This document shows positions 47,547-55,118 of a stretch of DNA of 64,000 nt, one piece after another (positions within the stretch are counted from its first letter, which is position 1; each line of letters begins with the position of its first letter). The notes under the pieces are model-generated. The model saw only the letters and a list, made by a program, of their open reading frames with translations, was not told where the DNA came from and did not search any database. The stretch comes from a virus. Location: positions 1-64,000 of IMG/VR virus record IMGVR_UViG_3300025276_000026. The stretch is one strand, 5' to 3'. The translations under genes and the position numbers were made by a program.

Positions 47547-48686
47547 CTAGTTTGTTTGTGTGATGGTAATATTTAGAGACGAACCATCACCCACCTGTAT
47601 TGATGACTCTTTTTCGTCTGTTATGGTTCTAATGGATGCTTGTGCAAACATCGGTAACTTAATAGATATAATTCCATTAACTTCCCTGTAGAACCATATT
47701 TGACCAAGACCCTTGTCTACAATAGTAGAATATTGTGTGTCTTTGTCAAAGCCTGGCAGAGTTCCGTCAATACGAACCACTCCGAAGGCATTAGATTGTT
47801 GTCTGTCGAGACCAACCTTACGGTCAATGTCTAAAACTACATCTAATAAATCTTGTAAGAAATCGACATCAAGTAAATCTCTGTCGAGCTCTGTGTATTC
47901 TAACTCATCATCTTCAAAGTACTGTTCTTCCAAGTCATTAAACTCTAGGAAGTCCACGTCAAGAACGTTACTTGTATCGTTCTCTTTACTACTCTGTTCT
48001 TCTGCAACCTGTTTGTTCACCTCTTCGGGTGGACTGACAATGAATAAGTTGTCAATCAAGTTGGGTGTAATTCCATTAACCACTATTGGTTTAGTTGGTG
48101 AATCATCGTATGTAGAAACCATTGTTGCTTGATACGCTTCATCCAATAATACCTGTCCGCCTGCATTACTAACTAGGATACTTCCCGAAGGAGCTCCCCA
48201 TTTATCGGGTAGCAGTATCACAAGTGACCTTCCGATTTCATCAATAGATGTTGTGAAGTCGGTGCCGTTAACTGTTATCTGTGCAGTCGGTGTAGTTATA
48301 TTTATGTTAGCTTTCTTAATCTTTCCACCAAAACCCGAAGCAAATCGAGCGGTGCCTTGTGCCATACGAATGGCCATCTTGGACTTTGAAGGGTCGGGGT
48401 CATAGTAAACCTCGTCTATCCATACCTTTGAATGTTCTGTTAAATCCAGTTGTTCCGTACCTTGGAATTGGATTTTCATTCTGCCGTTCTGAGTCTGTGC
48501 TGTATCATACATCAGCACATCGGATTCATCTGTTGCAGATATCACGGAAGTTTCTCCGTCTCTCTGAAGACCAGCTGAACCCTTGTATTCGATAATCTGA
48601 CCTATCGGTTCACCATATGATAGTGAACTGATAAGTAAGAGATTAACTATCGTTGTCGTCTTTCTGAATAATGTCGATGTTAGCAT
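47547..48686 (-). CDS. FecR-domain periplasmic protein
   Basis: signal-like N-terminus; DTAQTQNGR..I.F, LTEHSKVWID, GTARFASG, TPTAQITVNGTDF. Confidence 0.88.
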   Translation of the reverse strand: MLTSTLFRKTTTIVNLLLISSLSYGEPIGQIIEYKGSAGLQRDGETSVISATDESDVLMYDTAQTQNGRMKIQFQGTEQLDLTEHSKVWIDEVYYDPDPSKSKMAIRMAQGTARFASGFGGKIKKANINITTPTAQITVNGTDFTTSIDEIGRSLVILLPDKWGAPSGSILVSNAGGQVLLDEAYQATMVSTYDDSPTKPIVVNGITPNLIDNLFIVSPPEEVNKQVAEEQSSKENDTSNVLDVDFLEFNDLEEQYFEDDELEYTELDRDLLDVDFLQDLLDVVLDIDRKVGLDRQQSNAFGVVRIDGTLPGFDKDTQYSTIVDKGLGQIWFYREVNGIISIKLPMFAQASIRTITDEKESSIQVGDGSSLNITITQTN

Positions 48687-49374
48687 TAGAGGTCACAAAT
48701 GATACGTCAATGATACCACTACAAGATTGACCACTCGGACAACTTGTATCTGAACCACTCTTCTGAATGATATCAATATCATTGCCTGAACCAGTTAAGA
48801 TTGCAGTGATTTTATTATCAGTCGCGTCAGCTTGAATGGTATTAATGTCGTTTGATGAACCACTTACAGTCCAGTTCCAAACAGCATTATCCGAATCAAC
48901 TTTGGTTGTGAATACGTTACTTGAACCACCTACTACTAAGTCCCAGTTTAAGTATTCTGCTGATGCAGTGTAACCGACATCTATATCAAACGTGTTAGAT
49001 GAACCTGTTACAGCACCTGCCATGTTTAAGTTGTCTGCACTACCTTGATAACCTATGTTCCAATCCATTGAGTTCGAACCACCAGTAAATGTTAAATTTA
49101 CTGTTGAACTATCTGCAATGAAAGGGCCGTATAGTTTGTTGACATCACCAAATTGTACTAGTGTGAAACTGTTGTTTGCACCAGTAAGAATCATGTCAGC
49201 AGATGTTCCCGAGAAATTATCTAAACCGACTTTGTTTCCGTAACCTTTCTGAGTGAAGTTCAACGTTAGGGCTGTACCACTTTGTTGTAACCATATTTCG
49301 TTATCGTCTGCTCCTGCAAATGCAGTAGTCGATAATCCTAATGTTAACATAATCAATAATAATTTATTCTTCAT
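48643..49374 (-). CDS. curlin-like secreted protein (CsgA/CsgB-like)
   Basis: signal peptide; DNEIWLQQSG, FTQKGYGN, VQFGDVN, repeated G.SN motifs. Confidence 0.72.
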   Translation of the reverse strand: MKNKLLLIMLTLGLSTTAFAGADDNEIWLQQSGTALTLNFTQKGYGNKVGLDNFSGTSADMILTGANNSFTLVQFGDVNKLYGPFIADSSTVNLTFTGGSNSMDWNIGYQGSADNLNMAGAVTGSSNTFDIDVGYTASAEYLNWDLVVGGSSNVFTTKVDSDNAVWNWTVSGSSNDINTIQADATDNKITAILTGSGNDIDIIQKSGSDTSCPSGQSCSGIIDVSFVTSNANIDIIQKDDNDS

Positions 49375-50272
49375 GTTTTTCTCCTATTGAATGTAACTCG
49401 TTTCTTCCATGTGTTCCATGGGGGTGACGATGTTCATCTTTAATTACCCAAAAACTTCTATCGTGTCCTTGGTATATTAGTTCTAGAACGGCAAGTTCAA
49501 TTGCTGAACGTGTTGCTTTCGTAACACCTTCATTTTCTGCTCTGCCATCTTCCATTTCAATTAACTTCGTATCCATATCAACGAAGCGGAATACATCATA
49601 ACCACCACCTGTACTTAGAATCGTTTTCTGAGTCTGTACATTCAGTAAAATCTCACCAGTTAAAGTTGATATTCCTCTCAACGATACGGTGATAACATCC
49701 CTACGATATGAAATAGAACTGCCAATACCTAAGTATCTTGCGCCTCTTCCACCGCTTTCGATGTTCGAATCATAACCAATAATCCCACCTTCCAGTAGGA
49801 TTCCTGCGAAGAGCAAGGGTTGAATTCCTGTTGGGGAACCCTCATTACCTTCCTGTTCTGCAAAACTTTCTCTAGTAGAACGAATGATTTGACGCTCTCT
49901 TACTAGTGCATCTAAACTTGTTCTCTCTACTACTCTAAACCATTTACCCTTCCCTGCTGTCTTAAGTGCATCAATCAAAAATGATTCAGCTCCTTGTGTG
50001 ACTGCAGTGGAGAAAGATGCAATTCCATCTTTACTCTTACGTTGTCCTGTCTTATCCATGAAAGCGTAGACTGCAACGACTGGCATTACATCTGCTGGTG
50101 GTAACAGTAACAACTCTTTATAAGTAGGTATATTTACTACTTCTGCCTTCTCAATGCACTCACCCACCTTACTCATTACAAGAGAGGTGCAACTGTCGGT
50201 CATAGACGGAATACTTGCACACCCAGTGGTGAACAAGACCGTTATCAGTCCTATAATTGCCCATTGCTTCAT
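49364..50272 (-). CDS. csgG: curli secretion channel lipoprotein CsgG
   Basis: lipobox TTGC; VAVYAFMDKTGQRK, FSTAVTQG, WFRVVER, LVRERQIIR, EGGIIGYDSN, GGRGARYLGIG. Confidence 0.95.
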   Translation of the reverse strand: MKQWAIIGLITVLFTTGCASIPSMTDSCTSLVMSKVGECIEKAEVVNIPTYKELLLLPPADVMPVVAVYAFMDKTGQRKSKDGIASFSTAVTQGAESFLIDALKTAGKGKWFRVVERTSLDALVRERQIIRSTRESFAEQEGNEGSPTGIQPLLFAGILLEGGIIGYDSNIESGGRGARYLGIGSSISYRRDVITVSLRGISTLTGEILLNVQTQKTILSTGGGYDVFRFVDMDTKLIEMEDGRAENEGVTKATRSAIELAVLELIYQGHDRSFWVIKDEHRHPHGTHGRNELHSIGEKHEE

Positions 50273-50767
50273 TTAGAAACTTCCTGTACCAACTGGTATA
50301 TCTAAAATCGTTGTTGTCCCATCCTCGGTCACTATCGTTAATCGAATGAAGTCTACTCCATCCTCTCCAGTCATCCTTTCATATGTGACTGTATTACCTT
50401 CCATTACGAAAGTACCGTAGGCAGCTGCTGTTCCGTTAGAGAACATGTTCTCTACTAACTGTTTTGCTAACTGAGCATAAATTCTGCTCTCTACGTTTCT
50501 TAAAAATTTTGCAAGTGTTGTGTTCTGTGCTTCTCTGTCTGCCTTTGCAATGGCATCTTCTAAATCTTGTTTTATCTTATCACGTCTAGACTTCTCTTGA
50601 TTTTCTATAGTCAAATAGTGAGCAGATATCCCTATCCCATTAAAGGATGGACTCTTAAACTTGTGTACTATCTCGTCTGCATTGGCATAGTTGATACCAA
50701 GACCACATGCTGTTACCAACATTATTAGTCTTACAACGTGCAATTTACTTTCTATTTTTCTCAACAT
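50273..50767 (-). CDS. csgF: curli assembly component CsgF (true start probably near 50722-50743)
   Basis: signal peptide then EIVHKFKSPSFNG; FLRNVESRIYAQLAKQL; C-terminal GTTTILDIP; adjacent to csgG. Confidence 0.88.
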   Translation of the reverse strand: MLRKIESKLHVVRLIMLVTACGLGINYANADEIVHKFKSPSFNGIGISAHYLTIENQEKSRRDKIKQDLEDAIAKADREAQNTTLAKFLRNVESRIYAQLAKQLVENMFSNGTAAAYGTFVMEGNTVTYERMTGEDGVDFIRLTIVTEDGTTTILDIPVGTGSF

Positions 50768-51020
50768 TCTGTGACTCCTGCTTCTTGCTGTTCTCTTTCA
50801 TTTCGAGAACCACATTTACTTTCTGCTGTAAACGGATTAAATCTTGGTCTAACATTCTGACTTGGTCAATAACTTTAATCAATGCAAAATGCTGTTTCTC
50901 TATCTCGGGTTCTAGTTTTTCACCTACGAACCACCAAATAAAATATATGAAATATCCTAGACCCACCATCATTACAATTGGGAATCCGTAATCAGATATT
51001 ACTTGAACGAGACCTTCCAT
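50745..51020 (-). CDS. small membrane protein (TM + coiled coil)
   Basis: YGFPIVMMVGLGYFIYFIW TM; LIKVIDQVRMLDQDLIRL. Confidence 0.75.
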   Translation of the reverse strand: MEGLVQVISDYGFPIVMMVGLGYFIYFIWWFVGEKLEPEIEKQHFALIKVIDQVRMLDQDLIRLQQKVNVVLEMKENSKKQESQNVEKNRK

Positions 51021-51317
51021 TTAGTCTCTCCTTACATCTAGTTTACCGTCTTCTATAAAGTTCTCTGCTCTTGCAACCCTGTCTATATCGGGTCTAAGTT
51101 CTAACGCTGCAGAGACTAGTAAATCTATCTTAATCATTTCATTGGACATTGTTCTTGCACGATTCTCTAGGGATGTACAGAACATTGTAAGGGTTTTGAT
51201 ATCATCAACAACACCTTCAAGTATTTGTTTTATGACAAGGAATATGAAAAAGCCCATTACTAAACTTCCAGCAATCGGAGCTCCCACTTCACCTATCAAT
51301 ACAAATATATCATTCAT
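51021..51317 (-). CDS. small membrane protein (TM + coiled coil), similar to its neighbour
   Basis: VGAPIAGSLVMGFFIFLVI TM; LENRARTMSNEMIKID. Confidence 0.75.
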   Translation of the reverse strand: MNDIFVLIGEVGAPIAGSLVMGFFIFLVIKQILEGVVDDIKTLTMFCTSLENRARTMSNEMIKIDLLVSAALELRPDIDRVARAENFIEDGKLDVRRD

Positions 51318-51322
51318 GCATT

Positions 51323-51330
51323 TATTTATG
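51323..51330 (-). promoter_or_regulatory. T4-type late promoter heading the curli/cyclase operon
   Basis: CATAAATA a few nt before the ATG at 51317, downstream of a terminator. Confidence 0.55.
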
Positions 51331-51363
51331 TTTTTTCTTTATTAGTAAGCACTTACATGGGCT

Positions 51364-51392
51364 AAAAAAAAGAGACGTTTCCATCTCTTTTT
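51364..51392 (-). terminator. rho-independent terminator
   Basis: AGAGATG-GAAA-CGTCTCT hairpin followed by a T-run. Confidence 0.85.
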
Positions 51393-51407
51393 CAAACTCG
51401 TATAGAG

Positions 51408-51656
51408 TTACTTCAATTGTTCACGGATTTCACTAATCACAGCAGCCTTGGAGCCAGACTTCTTAACCTTAAGGTTCTTCTTGTCTGCAAGTTCTACTAG
51501 TTGATTCTTAGTCAATTTCTTAAGGTCTGCAACGGTAGTTGGTTTCTCTTGAGTTGACTTGGTCGCTGGTTTCGAAACGGCTTGTTTCTTGTCACCTTTG
51601 ACAGCGAAAAACAAGAATGCAACAGCGAGTATTGCTACTATAACTATTCCGTCCAT
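51408..51656 (-). CDS. TM-anchored protein with Rho-N/HeH-like helical domain
   Basis: N-terminal TM; LKKLTKNQLVELA...KAAVISEI. Confidence 0.7.
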   Translation of the reverse strand: MDGIVIVAILAVAFLFFAVKGDKKQAVSKPATKSTQEKPTTVADLKKLTKNQLVELADKKNLKVKKSGSKAAVISEIREQLK

Positions 51657-51670
51657 AATGTTCTCCTAAT

Positions 51671-51865
51671 TTATTTATCCAACAATGGATTTTTATCTTT
51701 TGCTTTACCAATGGCAAGTGCAAAGACTTCTATGTATTTATAGCACTTCGCCCAGACGGCATCGTCCTTCGGTGTGTCGGTCATCATTACAATGACTGAA
51801 CATATAGATATGATTGCTGGTATCGCTGACATGAATGCCCAGATACTACTGATTAAATCCCACAT
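51671..51865 (-). CDS. small membrane protein (holin-like candidate)
   Basis: TM then TDTPKDD...ALAIGKAK. Confidence 0.6.
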   Translation of the reverse strand: MWDLISSIWAFMSAIPAIISICSVIVMMTDTPKDDAVWAKCYKYIEVFALAIGKAKDKNPLLDK

Positions 51866-51900
51866 AAGTTTCTCCTATTAAAGTTAACAGAAGTATTTAT

Positions 51901-52311
51901 CTATTTAGTACCACCAATGGAGTACTTTGTTGTAAGTTTCCAGTTAGTTTTTTCTTTGTAAGGTATAATTTTGATTTGTGAAAGGGGTGCAGTTGGTTCT
52001 TCTATCATAGAAGGTGTAACTACTGTGACAAGTTTCCACTGTGCTAGCAGCTGACAGATAGTGTTTCTTCTACCTATATCAGACTCATCTATGTTAGTGG
52101 GTTTACCGTCGAGTTTGAATAACTCTTTGAAGTGAGTGATGTAATACTTACCACGTTTGTGTAGTATGTGACAAGATTGAAATAACTCTTGGTCTCTTCT
52201 AGATGCAACACCTATGCGTGAAAGTGTCTCCCTAATCTTTAGGAAGTCGTCTTTTTCGGGGAAGGTTACCTCAACGAGGTCTTTTACTATTTTTTCTTGT
52301 CCATCATCCAT
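51901..52311 (-). CDS. regA: translational repressor RegA
   Basis: DDFLKIRETLSRIGVAS, QSCHILHKRGKYYITHFKELF, W.L..KYSIG. Confidence 0.97.
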   Translation of the reverse strand: MDDGQEKIVKDLVEVTFPEKDDFLKIRETLSRIGVASRRDQELFQSCHILHKRGKYYITHFKELFKLDGKPTNIDESDIGRRNTICQLLAQWKLVTVVTPSMIEEPTAPLSQIKIIPYKEKTNWKLTTKYSIGGTK

Positions 52312-52702
52312 TGTTATTACCACCAATATTCATTCTGTTCTTCAACTCACGTATTTCTTTATCAGACAATAGAGTAAACAATTCTTTTGCTTCTCTTGTT
52401 GACATCTGATAATAGTCTTTTACGACAGTGAGTTTTTTACTAACGTATGGTTTAGCCCATTTTGAAAATCTCTGTCGTTTTCGTAAAGTATTTAGGAAAA
52501 ATACGTATTGAAGACGATTGTCTAGACCGTGGCGACAGTTCATTTCGTTAGTAAAGAAAACAGAATCTTGGTGGTAAGACAAAGATTTGTTTATAAGGAA
52601 TGGTTGATATGCTTTCTCTTCGATATCATCAACCATGATATCTTTTTTGTCGGAAGAGACCGACTTAACAAAGTCAAAAGGATTTCGTTTGTTAGGGTTC
52701 AT
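52304..52702 (-). CDS. gp62: clamp loader small subunit (gp62-like)
   Basis: YQPFLINKSLS, NEMN, LRKRQRFSKW. Confidence 0.93.
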   Translation of the reverse strand: MNPNKRNPFDFVKSVSSDKKDIMVDDIEEKAYQPFLINKSLSYHQDSVFFTNEMNCRHGLDNRLQYVFFLNTLRKRQRFSKWAKPYVSKKLTVVKDYYQMSTREAKELFTLLSDKEIRELKNRMNIGGNNNG

Positions 52703-52968
52703 TACTTACCTGTTACAGCAGAAAATGAATTGAGTAGGTCATCACCATAAAGAGGTTCACCAAAGAAAACAATTTCACCTGTCTCTCTAATCTCTCTCTT
52801 GACGACACCGTTGTTGTATTCAATATCCAATACTGAACCATCGTTTCCCCTAGTGTCGTACCAGCAGGAGTTTAAGGAATGTGCGTGAAGGGATTTGACC
52901 TTGTTAGACCACTCCTCTGCGAGAAGTAATCGTCTTTGTTTGTCTACTACTGAATCGTATTCACTCAT
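52702..52968 (-). CDS. hypothetical protein
   Basis: ORF coupled to gp62. Confidence 0.7.
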   Translation of the reverse strand: MSEYDSVVDKQRRLLLAEEWSNKVKSLHAHSLNSCWYDTRGNDGSVLDIEYNNGVVKREIRETGEIVFFGEPLYGDDLLNSFSAVTGK

Positions 52969-53042
52969 TTTTTAATCCCCCATCCTAGGCACCAACAAGT
53001 GGTGACTGTAATTGCAAGTAGTAACATCACTACATCAATCAT
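52965..53042 (-). CDS. 25-aa hydrophobic micropeptide
   Basis: MIDVVMLLLAITVTTCWCLGWGIKK with ATGA overlaps at both ends. Confidence 0.55.
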   Translation of the reverse strand: MIDVVMLLLAITVTTCWCLGWGIKK

Positions 53043-53977
53043 TTGAATTTGCATTCTCCCATGACTTCTGTTAGACATGCAACAAAGTTAATCTCTGAGT
53101 CCATTGCAAAAGCTGCTTTGTATTGATAGTCTGCAATTATTAAAACTGCAGCTGGTATTGATTGTGGTTCGAGTTTAGTTTCAAGTGCATTGAAAACTTT
53201 TCGGAATAATGTATTGAAGTCATTGTCGGAATTAGTTCCAACCCACTTCCTCATTGCCGACCAGTTCTTTGACTTAATCATATCGACCAGTGGTGTTAAC
53301 TTCTCTTCCGATAAGGTTGAGATGAGTCCACTATCAATTACACCACTTACACCGTAACGTTGAATCTCATTGAGACATCTACGGAAATCGGGGAAGAACT
53401 TCATGATTAATTCTGCAAGGACTTTAGGGTCTGCCTCAATCTTTTCTATCTCACAAATGTTCTTACATCTTGACAACATCTGTTGTGCAAGTTGAGGTCT
53501 TTGTGTTGGTGTTATTGAAAAATCTATAACTGTAGTTCTAGAATGTAATGGTGGAATAATTCTATTCTTGTAATTACATGTAAAGATAAATCTACAATTG
53601 GACGAGAACTCTTCTATGAAGTTTCTCAAAGCTGGTTGAACTGAGTCTGCAGATATGTAATCTGCTTCGTCTAAGATAACGACCTTTGCACCACCCGATA
53701 ATGAAACCGAAGATGCAAAGTTCTTAATCTTTGTTCTGAGTGTGTCAATCAAACGTCCTTCATCGGAACCGTTGATTACTATAAAGTCTGCATCGAGTTC
53801 ATTACACAATGCTTTTGCAACCGTTGTTTTACCAACACCTGCTGACCCACACAATAATAGGTTAGGTATCTCTCCCTGCTTTACAAATTCCTTAAAGGTT
53901 TCTTTAAGTTCTTTTGGTAGTATGGTGTCCTCAATTGTTTGAGGACGATACTTTTCTACATAGAGAAATTCATTCAT
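53039..53977 (-). CDS. gp44: clamp loader large subunit (gp44-like)
   Basis: VEKYRP, GSAGVGKTT, ILDEAD, FPDFRR; start MNEFLY. Confidence 0.97.
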   Translation of the reverse strand: MNEFLYVEKYRPQTIEDTILPKELKETFKEFVKQGEIPNLLLCGSAGVGKTTVAKALCNELDADFIVINGSDEGRLIDTLRTKIKNFASSVSLSGGAKVVILDEADYISADSVQPALRNFIEEFSSNCRFIFTCNYKNRIIPPLHSRTTVIDFSITPTQRPQLAQQMLSRCKNICEIEKIEADPKVLAELIMKFFPDFRRCLNEIQRYGVSGVIDSGLISTLSEEKLTPLVDMIKSKNWSAMRKWVGTNSDNDFNTLFRKVFNALETKLEPQSIPAAVLIIADYQYKAAFAMDSEINFVACLTEVMGECKFK

Positions 53978-54064
53978 AGGAGCAAACCCCCCACCGAGTT
54001 TGCAGTGCAGACAACCCATTGATGAGTGAAGTCTACTCCCGCGTATATTGCAGAGACTGGCACA
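53978..54064 (-). ncRNA. candidate structured RNA in the gp45-gp44 intergenic leader
   Basis: GC-rich island with several helices and a competing 10-bp alternative helix next to the AUG. Confidence 0.5.
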
Positions 54065-54088
54065 ATATTCACACTATTAATATATAGG

Positions 54089-54760
54089 TTAGGCATTGTA
54101 TTTGCTGTCTGGCTCCAGTGCAATAAAGTACTCAAGTTCTACATCTACATTATTGAAATGAGATATACCTTTTGATGATACTTGAACATCATAGTTACCG
54201 TCTAGAATTTTAAGATTCTCCATCTTGAAATTCATTTCATAAGATGTACCATCACTCTCTGCTTCTACGATTCTTGAGAACGTATTAGAAGAAGGACTCT
54301 TCTTATCTGTAACAACTAATGTTACGACTGTACCATCTGACTTAAGAACTAAATCATTAACACCTAGAACTGCAGCTGCTTTCTTCAAGTCACCTAACAA
54401 TGTGGATGTTACTTTGAATTCAATCTCTGCCTCTGGCATAGTTATCATCTTGTCGGGTGCAGTCACCATACCTTCCGCTGCATAGAAATATGCGAGAGAG
54501 GAATTGTTATCTGCCACAGACAATGACGAAGCATTGAATTGGAAGTCGGGGTCATCCATTAAGGATGTTGCACCTAAGAATTCTGGCAAGTTGTATATAC
54601 TGAAGTCTTGAGGGAATTCCTCAGACACAGTTGCAACTGCAAGAATGTTTTTCATATTGGAAATAGTTTCCAGTTTGTTGCCTGTTTTGACTCGAATGCC
54701 CGAGTTTATAGTCGAGAAGTTCTTTAGAACATCTTTTGTATCATTACTAATTTTCATCAC
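54089..54760 (-). CDS. gp45: sliding clamp (gp45-like)
   Basis: LKNFSTINSGI, IYNLPEFL, FKMENLKIL.GNY.V, YFIALE. Confidence 0.96.
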   Translation of the reverse strand: MMKISNDTKDVLKNFSTINSGIRVKTGNKLETISNMKNILAVATVSEEFPQDFSIYNLPEFLGATSLMDDPDFQFNASSLSVADNNSSLAYFYAAEGMVTAPDKMITMPEAEIEFKVTSTLLGDLKKAAAVLGVNDLVLKSDGTVVTLVVTDKKSPSSNTFSRIVEAESDGTSYEMNFKMENLKILDGNYDVQVSSKGISHFNNVDVELEYFIALEPDSKYNA

Positions 54761-55083
54761 TAGTTAGTCTCCTTTTTGTAGCCCGATTCCTCGAGCAATA
54801 ATTTATCGTGGTTGTTAAGGGCAAGGAATCCATAATGGATTACCTTCAATAGGTCGGCACGATTCTTCCCACCCTTTTTCCCATATCTCTGGGCATATTT
54901 CATAATATTCCCAACACAGAATCCTTCACCGTGACCTGCGTCCATGATAAACTCTGTTGCTTGATATTTGTTAAGACTATAATGTTGGTCGTAAGTCGAG
55001 TCAACATATGAAGTGAACTCCTTTAAGAGTTCTCCTTCATTGTATTTGTAGTCTACAGTCTTAATAGTTTTATTCCAATACAT
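54760..55083 (-). CDS. DUF3310-like phage protein
   Basis: YKYNE...QHY...GFCVGNIMKYAQRYGKK...DLLKVIHY. Confidence 0.8.
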   Translation of the reverse strand: MYWNKTIKTVDYKYNEGELLKEFTSYVDSTYDQHYSLNKYQATEFIMDAGHGEGFCVGNIMKYAQRYGKKGGKNRADLLKVIHYGFLALNNHDKLLLEESGYKKETN

Positions 55084-55089
55084 GATACT

Positions 55090-55118
55090 AGTATACTCCT
55101 AGTAGTCCGATTGGTCAA
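55090..55118 (-). promoter_or_regulatory. sigma70 promoter (apparently leaderless)
   Basis: TTGACC-N17-TATACT, 6 nt before ATG. Confidence 0.65.

Noticed and set aside
53978-54019. N-terminal extension MGCLHCKLGGGFAP on gp44 from the ORF track
   Set aside because: gp44-like proteins start near MNEFLYVEKYRP; the extension falls inside the structured leader.
54010-54045. Hammerhead ribozyme suggested by TGATGAG on the plus strand
   Set aside because: No CUGAUGA core with a matching GAAA and flanking stems.
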